A DNA stretch of 64,000 nt from Nitrospirales bacterium. GTDB lineage: Bacteria > Nitrospirota > Nitrospiria > Nitrospirales > UBA8639. The notes under the pieces were generated by a model that worked only from the letters and a program-made list of their open reading frames with translations, did no database searches and had not been told where the DNA came from. Positions 1-12,959 of the stretch are shown one piece after another. Each line of letters opens with the position of its first letter. Position 1 is the first letter of the stretch. The position numbers and the translations under genes are program-made. The stretch lies in NCBI GenBank assembly GCA_965203295.1, contig CBDBCZ010000011.1, positions 384,001 to 448,000 of the forward strand, in the 5' to 3' direction.

Positions 1-586
1 CATGTCAGCAGCTCCACTAGTTGAACTCTCATCAGTTGTGTTGCCTACAATATTTGAATCATAACTTCACACCATAATATTATACTCATACCAAGAAAGA
101 ATTTTTATGTGGTATGCAGCAGATTAATACACGCACTAAGACATGCATACCTGAACATATTAAGGTGATGTTTGGGAATGATTCACATGGTGGTACTGGA
201 AAACTTGCATTTAACAAAATAGCTCGTTGAAACTCTGGTGCACATGTGTTCATGAGCACATTGCAGTCCTCCAAAGAGGGTAGATAAAGTTCTCTAGTGC
301 TGTTGTCACAAATTCCAAAGATTGAGAAACAGATGAATGGTACAATTGCCTCACTGCAGTTGTCACTTGGGGTTAGCAGCTGCAAGCCTGTTAGAAGTTG
401 CATGGCCTGTGTCTCCAGCTCTTGCTGGGGCTCCCTCATAGGTATAAATATGTCACTATCTCCAACACCAATAAGACACTCCTGCTGTGCTTGCAAGTGT
501 TCTCTGCATACAGCACCAGTATAGACCACTGGAGTGCAGAATGATTCATTTGTGCTGACTCCTCCTTCACTTGCGACAGGAATATC
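1..586 (-). CDS. Partial gene with Frizzled-like cysteine-rich (FZ/CRD) domain; probably a receptor ectodomain; continues past the window start
   Basis: Exon 586..151 (ttcag|GAT ... TCAG|gtatg) encodes DIPVAS...FCTPVVYTGAVCREHL...CSEAIVPFICFSIFGICD...LPSLEDCNVLMNTCAPEF...VPPCESFP, with FZ-type Cys spacing. The next exon 44..1 (tgtag|GC AAC) is in phase. The first coding exon was not resolved. Confidence 0.65.
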
Positions 587-996
587 CTGAATCAAAGAGC
601 TTCTTATGATATATACACTTAAAACAGACTGTTGACCAGGTAATAGTAATACTATAATACTAATTTTGCTGCCGTAGTGCATAATTATATATAACCCTTG
701 CCAGCACACCCACATGTGCATGCGGAGCTTGAAGATCTCCTGTCAGAGGACAAGAGCAAGAGCAACCAGATATTTCACCATCCTGATCACCTATAATTTA
801 TTCTTCCTAGTGTCCCAAATTAACAACACAAACTCTTAATAAAACTATAAAATCATATAATATCTATCCCAAAAGCTAGCTTGTAATCGAATACGGCAGA
901 AATACACGGGCATGGCTCACACATCTTTCATGCTTTACAGAGCCAGCTGCTCCACCATGCAGGCAGGTCAGTCTCCACTCTCCACTCTCCAGTCTC

Positions 997-1052
997 CAGG
1001 GTCTAGGGTCTAGGGTCTAGGGTCTAGGGTCTAGGGTCTAGGGTCTAGGGTC
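997..1052 (+). repeat. (GGGTCTA)n heptamer tandem repeat
   Basis: About 7 consecutive gggtcta units seen directly. Confidence 0.9.
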
Positions 1053-3690
1053 CCATTCGTAAATAATGTACCGTGGGTACGTCTCTACTGGAGACGTCTA
1101 GTTACCATGGAAACGAGTAGCTCTACTTTATGGTTGCCAATTAAAAAGTGAACCCTGACACAGATTTTGGATAAAACCATTTCTAAAGTCGTGTTCATAA
1201 GTCATAAATGGCACTGTGAGATGGCATGCACGTGTACTAGTCTATAACATATAGGTGTAGGAATGGGACAGTCAGGAGATTAGCAAAATTCTGTGCCATC
1301 TGCAGAATATCGTTGGTGCATGTGTAACGGTGAGCTGGCTTTGTCTGGCTGCTTGATGGCGGAGCCTCACTCTGGGCTAGACACTGTAGCTACTAGTGAA
1401 AACTAAGAGCCATACATTCTGTGTGGCACACGCATCATTCATCACGTGGCCCACAAAATAGGTCAATGCAGGAATTAAAGCGAGAGAGTAGAATAGCGAG
1501 CTGCTACAAGAACGATTCCTGTTTTCCAGGAAAACTCCTGGGCAGAACTAGTATCGGCTACATCACAGCCTCTGATCTGCCCCTCTCAAAGAAAATGTTC
1601 CTACATCAATATAATATGATTATTCATGCATTTACTTACTCGAGGAAGGTGATAGAAGATTATGGGTAGAGCCAGAAGGAACCAGAACATGACAATCACT
1701 GCCACAGCTATCACCAGCCCTGTCCACCTCCTAGGCTTGGACTGCGATTCTTTGCCACCCATTTTCAATCAGTCGATCGGCTTCTGTACTGGTGTTTGGA
1801 CACACAATGTACACTCATGTCAGAGTAGAATATGAAATTCCAATCCACTTGCTACGTGTATCTGACCATGGTACATGTAACTAGAACTACTGTGGGTAAA
1901 ACAATTATCCACATGACACTGTATCTTGTTACCACATTCTGTTTTCTTGGAATTGAATACATTGTTAGTCATTCCTGACCTCCTAAACTCTCTACATCAC
2001 TGCATGGGTGTTCCCACAGTGACTGCAGTGCCTATATATAGCCATACTATATGGTCTGTTAATAATTATCCTCAGCAATGTTATTGCACATCCATTGAAG
2101 TACAGTGTATATACTGTTACTGAGTATATCTATAAACCACTGACAGTGCATGTTGGTCTTTGCGCATGTGGCATAGAGCCATTTATATTTGAACATAAGT
2201 ATATAGGTATTATGATACATGAGGAGTATTACATGGTGAACTGGAGGCAACATAGCTAGACAACACTTAAACAGCTAGCCATAGTTTGTTTCTTTTTTGG
2301 AAACATAATTAATTCATGGACTGGCTATTTGTTGTTTTCGTATAATGGACTATTGTTAATGGTTTATTAATTTAAATTGTTAGTTTTTTCTTCAGTCGTG
2401 GACTACTTGCATGCAGTGCTCCTGAATTTGAGACTATACGGTACAATATTCCTTGCTATCTCCTACAGGGTTTGGAGGTAAGCTCTCAAAAGTAGTTCCT
2501 ACATACATCGGCCACAAAGTCAAGTATGAAAGTCTTATAAGATTAGGCAAAACCACAGAAAGAAGTTATACAGCTTTGTACGTTTACCTGGTTGAAAAAC
2601 ATGTTTTAATTGGCTATAATTATGTGCATGAAGAGGAGAACTGTTGGGAGTTAGACCTTCTCTTATTAGGTGGACACAGTAAACTGTTGTGTAGTATGTT
2701 TGGCTCAGCTTAATTTGAAGCGCAGACTGCAAGTGGATCAAAAGTTACGGGTGCAAAAAAAGTTAGGAACAGTTTTGCTGCATGCATGGTGTTTTTTTTT
2801 TATTCCAGCAAAATTTATTCATCAACCAAAGTTTTTTTATTGACTTCCTTGCTCAGGAACACTGTCGAGGTAGCTACACAAACCCAACAGTTACATGTAC
2901 CATGATTGGAAAGTTTACCGAAGCTACGGTCGTCGATTGCAATTTTGGCGAAACAGAAAATTGGCTTGACTTTGCTCCCGTGGTTCATTACCTGTCTCGC
3001 GCGCCGCTCACTACTGAGTTTTCATACGGGGAGGGACTACATGTACGTGTTCGACGACATGAGGGTGGAGCTCGCATCCGGTAGAAGGTGGGGCTGCCGT
3101 TCAGCTGAGTGGCGGGGAGCTAACTGAACTGCGCGCTATCTCCACTGCCCAGTGTTCGTGCGTTAGCTTCATTAGCAGTAGTACGCAACTTCGCACAGAG
3201 TCTGAGACTCAGTAATACTTTAATTTGAAAATTAGACAATAATTCCGAGCGAAGCGAGGCTATACTCCGGTTCCATTGACCTTTTTCGTCGTCGTCGTCG
3301 TCGTCATGGTCCACGTCCCTCTCAGCCACTTCTCCAGATATATAGCCTATCAAACTCGCAGCAAACACTTACCTTCGTTACAGAACTCTGTACGAGAGAC
3401 TTGGAAGCGCTCACTATTACAGCGGGTCTGCTTCAGCCTGTGGTCTTCCAGGCGCATTATTGCACGTAGCCATTTTTTATTTGGGGTTGTAGGCGTGCCC
3501 TGTTACGTTTGACCTTTTTCGATTTCTGCTTGGTAGGCGCGTCACAATATATGTGCCACACCCAGCAATTCTCGCGAAGCGAGGACATCCCTGCACATTG
3601 TGTATCACTAGTATAACCGCACAACAAAGGAAGAGTCACGAGATGCATACTAGCGTAATATCTATGAGCGAACTCCACCTATCTCGCGCC

Positions 3691-6600
3691 ATGGCTACTA
3701 GTACTCCAGTAATGCGACCGCCCGACCTCAGCAACCCGGGTGTCGCTGCTCTTGTACGTGAGCTATACCCCTTCACAAAGGTACATCAGCGTCTACGTGT
3801 ACAGAGAGCAATTACTATTCAGTGTGCATAGGCAGCCTAGCGTGCCTATGGGTCTATACTATTCTCGCGTGCCAGTGATCGAGTAACTACCCAGACTTAC
3901 TCCTCTCTCCCCCCCCCCCCCCCACCCACCCCGAGTGAGGCTAGCACGCGAGATTAGACCTATAGGCCGGTAGAGTCAGGCAGGGATACTCCTTCTATAG
4001 CTATGCTGAGTAGCATAGTTGCTATATAGATATAGGTAGAATATCTATGGCTATTGAGACTAGTTAGCCAATGGGGACAGGCTTTTGAGACCAGTAGCTA
4101 CTAGTCATGAAATAAGAACAGGTTATAATGTAATTAGCCATCTGTATACTTTCTGTATTGATGCAATCAATCAAATTTTCTCGATCCCCTGCATTAGCAG
4201 GAGTGCGGTTAGTGATTTTGAGGGTGGTGTATAGTGTGGTTGGTTCCTAGTCTCGCGTAGCAGGACTCTCGACGGGAAAGTTAGAGTCTGGTACAGATGC
4301 TGTAGTGGACTCGTCGATCTGGAATGCGGGCATTGTGATATGATGGCACACGCAGAAAGAGATCCTACAGTGGACCTGCTATTGGATTGGTCAGACCATA
4401 CCATTCTTTTTATGATGTTTTACAAAGCTTGAAACTGATTAGCTTACAGTGCACACTGCGAGACAGACAAAACCACTACGGCGTCTGTACCGGACCCTCC
4501 GTTTAGCACGAAGGGCGGGGTACTCCAGTCTAGTTGGTTCCATGGGGATAGGCTCAGATGTGAAGTTTGGGGATTTCTTCAATAGAGCCTCCTACATGCA
4601 GAGTTTCAGATTTTGGTCTTCAATAGGTGGGCCACACAATTTACATATTCACTGATCATGTGGTATGTATAGGTTAGTGACCTCAGGCAGGTATCTTAAC
4701 TGTTTTAGAGACCTGAGGGATGCTACCTATCCGAGGTGACTATAGGTTCATCCCAAAGGTCTCTAAAACAGCTAAGATATACCTGCCTGAGGTCACCAAC
4801 TAACTTAGATTATGGTTCCAGCTTTCATTTTCTCAATATTATATGAAATACAAATTTTGGATGATGTGTCTTAGTGATTTTAAAGACCTCAACAGATCAA
4901 AACATATTATGTGCACCATTAATTGTCTAAATGTGGACAAGTGAACATCCCAACTCAAGATAAAGAGGAAATTAGCCAGCCCACAGACCAGCTGGGACCC
5001 TTCTGGCAGCCAGAGGAGTGTGTACTCTGACAAAGGGCTTTGGCTCAGGGGTAGACTTCAAATGCCTATAAAGCACACCCGTATAAACTGAACCCAGAAT
5101 ACTGTGGGATATTGTTATACCCTGTAGTGCTGCTGTGTCTAGCTATGTCTAGCTTGTGGTTACGAAATACTCTATCCAAAATAATATCAAGTATATGTAA
5201 CCACATTATGTAGCCACATACCCAGGCGCATTCCCACATTATGATGTAACAGGTCTCAGGCCTTCTGAGAGTTTCAAATTGTGTACATGTAGTTATACCA
5301 ACGCATGTAAACCTACTAAATGCAAATGCATTCCCAACTTGATGTGAAAGGGAAGGACATAACATAGCTCTCAAATTTCATGCAGGGACACTGAATTTCA
5401 AGTAACTAGTCTTAGATCTTAGACACAGCACAGACTATGTGCAGAAGCACATAATGGCGTAAGAAAAGCGCAAGAGAGTATGAGCAGGAAAATGCTTGAC
5501 AGTAAAGAGTCACCGGCGGCTTTGGCAGGGTTGCTGAACGTTGTAGGGAGTAGTATGCGTTACTAGACGGCTATGAGCTTCCATTTTAAGCCATCCACAA
5601 GCTAACAGTCTATAGTGCGTGTGTGTCCAAAATAGTAACTGAGCTACCATGGGAAAACTTTCGAATTTTATCTTTCAAGTGGGTGCTTCCCGCTCCTACT
5701 CTCTTACACTTTTCTTACGTCATTATGCGCTCCTGGTAAGTGTGATTACCTTTCCAACTCTATGAAATTGGAGACCACTATATGGTGGGTCATTGCAATA
5801 TAGGTAACTTAGAGCGATTCATAGTATACATGTATATTTTGTTCATCTCCGTGAAGGTTGAGGAGAAATCTGTGAAGCAGTTCCCCAGTTATGATGACAG
5901 GAATTTCTACTTCCAAGGCACTTTAAGTGATAGTTTTGTGCCTGGCTGCAGTGAAAGGGTTGAGGAAAACAAGATGGGTTTGGAAGAATTTGTATTGAAA
6001 ATAAATTCCACCGCATTCATTCCATGCAAAATCCTTGATTCCCTGAACAACATTATGAATCACTTGAAAGGGAAAGAAGTTCGATGTCCGTATCCACTGA
6101 AGAGCAAGAATGGAAAGCTGTTAGAAATATGCAGTGAGAGTCAACTGTTGAGGAGTGAAGGAAGTTGTGAATCAAGCGGCAAGGAGAGGGAGTTTGGTGT
6201 TCGCGTCCTGATCTTCCTTCCTGGGGAATTGCTGGACAAGATTGATAGAGTTCACGTCACACCAAAGCTCATGTTCGAGACTGGACAATACTTTGGGAAA
6301 CTTGATGCTGCACTTCAGGTATGCGTGATGTATATGGTTCATACTAAGTCTTATTATCTTTGTGTGTGTGCCTGAGCAGAAAGGTTAAAGCAAACATGCA
6401 TAGAAAAATTTTGCATAATTTTTTGGGGCTTTCTAGAATTGGTAGACTGGAATTGGTAGACTGGACTATTAGTAGTGGTACACCAATCATCGGATCGACT
6501 TATCAGAATCGGCAGATAAAAGCACTTCCATGCAAGCTGTATCGTATTGCTAAATCTACTGATATTACTAGGCGGATATTCACGCATGTGCAGTATCCAT

Positions 6601-8216
6601 CAGAGGAGGTTACATGTAGAAGCAATCACATGTATGCCAATAATGGATGAAGATAACTAATAGCATTCCATTGAGAAGAATACGGAAGGTATGGGGAGTT
6701 ATACGCTATCCGACCTAAAGAACGATTTGTAGCTTTACAACCTTTGAGGAGACGGATGGGGACGCCCCCTCAAAATCGTTGGCTTGCAAGTATGGAGCTG
6801 TACTGCAGAAGATTGGGCTTTAATGCAGTGGATTCTTAGTTGAGCTTGCAAAATATTTTGTAAAGCTATGGTATGGTAGCAGTTTGGACACTCACTACTT
6901 TTGTGCAACATCTGCCATCATCCAGCTCTATAGATCCAGATCGATCAACTACACATATATAGTTCAATTAACTATGCTGCTGTGAAAAAAACATAAAATA
7001 TCTGCCAATTTCAACAACGAAATAAGCGAAAAGAGTTGAGAGTCTCACCCATGCATATGACAAATCGGTGAGACTCTACTTTGAAGGCTGCTAAACTTAC
7101 ACAAGGTCACTTATGCAGGGGACTATTATTTGTCAAATGCATGGGTGAGACTCTCAACTCTTCGCTTATTTTGTTGTTTCACTACGGTTTAAAATTGTTG
7201 TATCGGTTATTGAAATTGGCAGATATTTTATCAGTTATCGGATTATTGGTAATAATCAGTATCAGTACAACAATAACTATTAGACTGGTCTACTGGACTG
7301 GAATAACATGTAATGGCATTTTTCTGCATGAAAACTCACGTGGATGGAGGCCAGTACATGTAGGTAAATATACTTAGAACCTGCGAGGATTACTGGCTAA
7401 GCACCTTATGGTCGGGCTGGAAGCTGCTGTAGATAATATCACTCTGGTTACTTAGCTCTGTAGAACTGTTATGGACAACTTAGCGGAAATTTGTTGAAAC
7501 TATATATAGCTACAGCAGTGTGCCAGCTACTCACTTCCTTGGCCTGTAGGAAAGTCACATTATGATGATTAGCTAATAGTATTTATTCTTAATTCATGCA
7601 GGATTTTCATCACCCTGCAACTTTAAACCGAGAGCTCTATTGGGACCTCAAGCACTTTCTCACTCTTAGGAGTCTCCTTTCTTCTGTTAAAGACTCAAAG
7701 AACAGAAGCATGGCTGAATCAGTGTTTCAGAAGTTTGAGGAACACGTGTTACCAAAGTTTACGTCCCTAAGACAAGGCATAATTCATGGGGATGCCAATG
7801 GTGAAAATATCATTGTCGTGAAGGAAAATGGCTGCTATAAAATATCGGGCATCATCGACTTTGGTGACTGTGTGCAGACTTGCTACGTATTCGAACTTGC
7901 CATAATGCTCGCTTACGCGATGGTAGAGAATGAAAATCCACTGCAGCTCTCTTGTCCGATGCTCTCCGGCTATTTACAGACTTTTCCCATGAGTGAGGAG
8001 GAGCTGGACTGCCTCTACTACTGTGTCCTTGCTCGACTCTGCCAATCTGCTGTGGTCGGTGAACACAAGTTCAAGCAGGAGCCTTGGAATACGTATCTGC
8101 TCACCACCCCTGCAAAGGCCTGGCAAGTGATGGGAGTGATTTTTGCCACTCCAAGGAACGAGATAGAGAAGCTATGGGCTCGTGCTAGACAAATGCAGAG
8201 CGAATCAGTGCACTGA
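3691..8216 (+). CDS. HYKK: Hydroxylysine kinase-like (aminoglycoside phosphotransferase fold), copy 1, ~388 aa
   Basis: Exons 3691-3780, 5857-6318, 7602-8216, all phase 0 with GT-AG. Motifs: PSYDDRNF, FVLKI, QGIIHGDANGEN (HGDxxxxN catalytic loop), GIIDFGD, YVFELAI. In-frame upstream ATGs at 3643/3664 could extend the N-terminus. Confidence 0.85.
4672..4935. mobile_element. Foldback (palindromic) interspersed element; related copy at ~10857-11095
   Basis: Arms gtgacctcaggcaggtatctta...gagacct / aggtctc...taagatatacctgcctgaggtcac, followed by a tail (atgaaatacaaattttggatga..gtgtcttagtgatttta) shared with the 10.9-kb copy. Confidence 0.7.
5442..5735. mobile_element. MITE-like element with long imperfect terminal inverted repeats
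   Basis: cagaagcacataatggcgtaagaaaagcgcaagagagta...gagc pairs with gctcctactctcttacacttttcttacgtcattatgcgctcctg. Confidence 0.65.
6993..7230. mobile_element. Foldback inverted-repeat element
   Basis: taaaatatctgccaatttcaa...aagagttgagagtctcacccatgcat..gacaaat mirrored by atttgtcaaatgcatgggtgagactctcaactctt...ttgaaattggcagatatttta. Confidence 0.7.
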
Positions 8217-8899
8217 ATGCAAGGGACTCTGAAGACTCAACATAATGTATGCTAACTTATACGTGTAGTAGCTAGCTATGTTCCAGTCTAGCTAATTAAC
8301 CCCGCGCATTCGAATTCATTACTTAAGTTCTTAAATCTAGTTAGGGATGTTTTTACCTCAATGTACATGTATGCAATGTCTTTTTTTAGTATTTTCCACA
8401 GTAGCTACAGGCATTTGTACCGGCATATATATATAACCTTGGCTAGGAAACTGCTAGTCATTGCACTAGTCTGGTACCAGACTAAGATGGCACAGAAAAA
8501 GAATCGTAAGTTGAAAATTATGTTTACAAGGGTAAGTTGCAATTATCAAGGGTAATAGCGCTAGCATAGATACGTATATACTCTGACATGAGGACAAAGG
8601 CTAGGGGCACATGACATGGTTGTGTGGGCCTAGATCACATGTATATAGCCTCATACCCAGCCCCTGCCCCTTTTTTGTTATGGGAGGGGCCTGCATATGG
8701 GTATATATCTCTATCTCAGCAACACATGCAACAGCTGGGGGCACATTACCAGCTGCCCAAGCCACTAACAGTACCGTAGTCTCGCGTAGCCAGACTCTGC
8801 AACGCGAAGGTGTACGTACGTAGGCTCGCGACACGGGGGGCCTTGGCCTAAATTATTAATGACCTTTCACCTGAGCACGTGGTAAACACAGAATCAATC

Positions 8900-11800
8900 A
8901 TGGCGTGCAGACGGTCTTTGCTTTTGATTCGAAGACTCTCCCGACATTCCAGAACCATAGTTTCGTCTCCAGAAGCGCGACCGCCAGACCTCAGCGGCCA
9001 AGCCGTCGCCACTCTCGTCAAGGATCTGTTCCCCTTCAACGCGGTAAGCTTACACTACAACTACTATACTGTACAAACAGACTACCTGATGGGCGTTGAG
9101 GGGGAGGTGGTGGCCAAATATGGAGCCTCAATGCTTTACTCCATGACAGATTGTTGCTGGGACATTCGTTTTTTTTGTTTGTTTGTTTTTGTTTTTTTTT
9201 GGGGGGGGGGGGGGGGGGGGAATTGCTATATTGGTCTGTGCATACTCTTGTATAGCCTGATTACACACATGTACACTGGTACACTGGTGCACTAGCCTGT
9301 ATCTCAAATTATACCGAATCAACACAGCTAGCTCTAAATCCATGAATTAGTCTCTCGGTTTCCACCAGTTAATAATTCCATGGCGTGCACCGAGAGGTAG
9401 TCACTTTGTACCGCCTATAGAAATGTTTATGAATGGGATCAAGATTTTTGATCAGCAAAGACTGTCCTTAATTGTTTGATCGCTTGATTGAGCGTTCAGT
9501 AGTCCCTCCTCATTCGATTCTGAGAGTGATCATTGACCGTGTTACTTTCTGTTTTATGCATCGTTTTTGCCCACCGCGCATGGGCAATAAATGGAAGCTA
9601 GACTGGTGCTAGCTTTGTGCCCAGGCCCCTCCCACTCAGGCCACTCCCACCCAGGCCCCTTCCACCCGAAATGTACCTGGGTACGAGGCTAGACTGATAT
9701 GTTACACAGAAACAAGAGCTGCTTGGAGCTTACGCCCTCAGTGTCTCAACTATCGCTATGAGTCGGTTTTCAGACGGGATAAATTGAGTGAGTTTGCCAT
9801 CCCACCGTGACTGCAAGGGGAACTTCGTCCTTGTGCGCTTGTCTGAACACGTTTGCCATCGACTAAAGTGGTGCCTTAGCAACAGTTGCTATGCTCTACG
9901 TATTGTGTGACTTTGCGCAGTTTACAAGTTATGCTGCACATTTTATGCTCTCATGGCGATTTCGAGTCAGGATTAGTCTTAAGCCTAGGGTTAGGGTTAG
10001 GATTGGGGCTAGGGTTAGAATAAGGGATATGGTTAGCGCCTAGCTTTGTAGACTGCACAGCACCAAATTCATACAATGTGCAACACAATTTCTATAATAC
10101 AGTGGAACCCCTCTATTGTGGACACCTTGGGGACCTGGTAAAGTGTCCTGTATAGAGAGGTGTCCTCATTTCAGGGGTCAGTTTACATTAAGAAAGCATA
10201 TTTGGGACTTAGTGCTACTCACGTGACCTTCGACGAATCAGAAGTCTCAAACTCGATCACATGACCGCACGTTAAATCGCTTAATGCACACTTAAGTGTG
10301 CACTAAGTTGTTAATGCACACTTAAGTGTGCATTAACAAAATTAGTGCACACTTTTCTAAATAACGCCCAACAGAACCATGGCTGTCTCAGGTCAGTGAG
10401 TGAACTAAATACTTTAGATACCAGTTGGCAGTGCATTACGGGACTAGTTAGTGCGCTCGGACAATTAAGTAACGGTCTCGGGCGGATAATGCACTCGCCT
10501 TCGGCTCGTGCATTATCCGCCCTCAACCGTTACTTAATTGTCCTCGCGCGCTAACTATATCCCGTAATGCACTGCCAACTGGTATCTAAATATTACATAG
10601 CAAAGTGTCCTTAATACAAAGGTGTCCTTATTTCAGGAGTGTCCTTTAAGAGGGGTTCCACTGTAGTACCAATTAACAGAATGCTTCTTGACAGCTACAC
10701 GAACAGTCATGTCAATGAGAAACTCTCTATAGCTACGTGTGTAGACACACATCCATGTACAGTTGTATACTGCTGTTGATTACCGGCTAATTGGAGCATA
10801 CTCAGGTCTGCTCCAATCGGGGTATATCTGTTTATTTCCAAGAAGCTATTAAGCATAGTATCTTAGCTGTTTAGAGACCTGAGGGATGCACCTATAATCA
10901 CCGAGGCTGAAGCCTGAGGTGATTATAGGTGCATATCCCGAAGGTCTCTAATACTATCCTGAGGTCACTTAGACTATGGTTTCCAGCTTTCAATTTTTGT
11001 ATGAAATACAAATTTTGGATGAGGTGTCTTAGTGATTTTAAAGACCTTATTAAATTCAAAACATCAAAGCACACTATGCGCACCATTTTCTAATTGTATT
11101 TTTCCTTTTTTTTTTAAAGGTGGAAGAAAGCTCCGTGAAGCAGTTTCCAAGCTACGACGACAGGAACTTCTACTTTCGAGGCAGCGTAGCTGATGTGTTT
11201 GGGCACAACAACAGCCGCAAACAGATCACACGAGGGAAGTTCGGCACGAAAGATGTAGAGTGCGTGCTGAAGATAACGTCCACAGCATATGCTCCTTACG
11301 AGGTCATAAACGGCTCAAACAGCATCATGAATCACCTGAGGGGCAAGGGTATCCGATGCTCCTATCCGCTGACGAGCAGACGCGGACGACAGATTGAGCT
11401 GTGCAGTGAGAGTCAGCTGTTGCTGGATAAAAACAGCGTCGAGAGCGAGAGAGAATTTGGTGTTCGCGTGCTGGCTTTTCTCCCGGGAGAATTGATGGAC
11501 GAGATTGACAGGCGTTACATCACACCTGGGCTCCTGTACGAGACCGGGAAGTACATTGGAAATCTCGACGCTGCACTTCAGGTACACAGCGCCTGTTTCA
11601 ATACTGAATGATGTTTGCTCCTCAAGAGTTAGTTTATGACCTAGCCTTGTTCCCTGGCCTTCCTCTGGTTGTTGCTGTTTCCAGTAAGAAAAGTTAGGAA
11701 TATGGCCTGTTCCATATTGCATGTGTGTGACCCCACACATTGCAGTCAGGTGTTGGCTAAACTACATGTGGCCATAGATAATAGAATGTTATACGCCAAG

Positions 11801-12730
11801 AACCCAGACAGTTGATGCCAGTATATGGTAGCAGATTTCCCGTTCTCATTCCAGACTCCTCATTCTCATTCCAGACTCCTAGTTCTCATTCCAAACTCCT
11901 TATTCTCATTCCAGACTCCTAGTTCTCATTCCAGACTCCTCATTCTCATTCCAGACTCCTCATTGCTCTAATTCGAGACTCCTCAGTCTCAATTCAGACT
12001 CCTCATTGCTCTCATTCGAGACTCCTCATTCTCGATCCAGATTCCTCATTCTCATTCCAAATTCTAGTGCGAACCAGTAATACAAGTCACGGTGTATGCA
12101 TGCTCTTTCTTCATACAGGATCTTCACAACCCTGCGATCTCAGGCCGAGAGTCCTGCTGGGACCTCAAGCACTTCCCTAGCCTAAGGAGCCTCCTGCCCT
12201 CCGTTAAAGACTTGAAGAAGAGGAGCATGTCTGAAATGATGATCCAGCACTTCCAGGAAAACGTGTCCCCAAAGATGTCATCGCTAAGACAGGGTATAAT
12301 TCATGGGGATATGAATGGTTTAAATATTGTCGTTGCAAAGCAAAACGGTACCTACAGGACGTCAGGCATCATCGATTTCGGAGACTCTGTGCATTCTTGC
12401 TACGTATTCGAACTTGCCATAATGCTTGCTTACGCGATGGTACAGAATGCAAATCCACTGCAGCTCTCTTGTCCGATGCTCTCCGGCTATTTACAGGCTT
12501 TTCCCATGAGTGAAGAGGAGTTGGACTGTCTCTACTACTGTGTCCTTGCTCGACTCTGCCAGTCTGCTATGATTGGTGAACACAAGTTCAAACAGGAGCC
12601 TTGGAATTCCTATCTTCTTACCACCCCTGCAAAGGCCTGGCGAGTGATGAGGGAAATTTTAGCCGTCCCGAAAAGTGAAGTCGATGAAATGTGGACCGAT
12701 ACGAGACAAAAGCAATGCATAGCAATGTAA
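8900..12730 (+). CDS. HYKK: Hydroxylysine kinase-like, copy 2, ~405 aa, with N-terminal mitochondrial-presequence-like extension
   Basis: Exons 8900-9043, 11120-11581, 12119-12730, phase 0 with GT-AG. Motifs HGDMNGLN and GIIDFGD. N-terminus MACRRSLLLIRRLSRHSRTIVSS is rich in R/S/L and has no acidic residues. Confidence 0.85.
10100..10663 (+). mobile_element. Tc1/mariner-type MITE (TIR CAGTGGAACCCCTCT, TA flanks) with a nested insertion at ~10210-10597
   Basis: ta|cagtggaacccctct...agaggggttccactg|ta. Uninterrupted ~170-bp copies occur at 31583, 35897, 58921 and 60632. Confidence 0.8.
10412..10591. repeat. ~180-bp near-perfect palindrome (loop cactcgccttcggctcgtg)
   Basis: tttagataccagttggcagtgcattacggga...tcccgtaatgcactgccaactggtatctaaa. 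Confidence 0.85.
10857..11095. mobile_element. Foldback element related to 4672-4935
   Basis: tagagacctgagggatgcacctataatcacc gaggctgaagcctga ggtgattataggtgcatatcccgaaggtctcta, plus the shared tail. Confidence 0.7.
11842..12060 (+). repeat. ~20-bp minisatellite (ttctcattccagactcctca)
   Basis: About 10 imperfect tandem units in intron 2 of HYKK copy 2. Confidence 0.9.
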
Positions 12731-12959
12731 TCGACATGATGTAATGTGTATCGTTTCGTTAGTGGTGTCCCAATTTTTTTTTGTACATGTAGATAGAGGT
12801 ACAGTAATGTATTTGTGTCCTCTGTATGAAGTTGTGGGTAAAAGACGGCGCGCGCGGCGTGTAAAGAGTCACGTGAATCCGGGTTACGCGCATGTGTTAC
12901 GTACGGGTATACGAGCAAGACCTTTAGCATTAGCTCTCATTGGGAGACACTCCAGATCC

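Noticed and set aside
11842..12060. Possible CRISPR or regulatory repeat array
   Set aside because: Simple head-to-tail minisatellite with no spacers.
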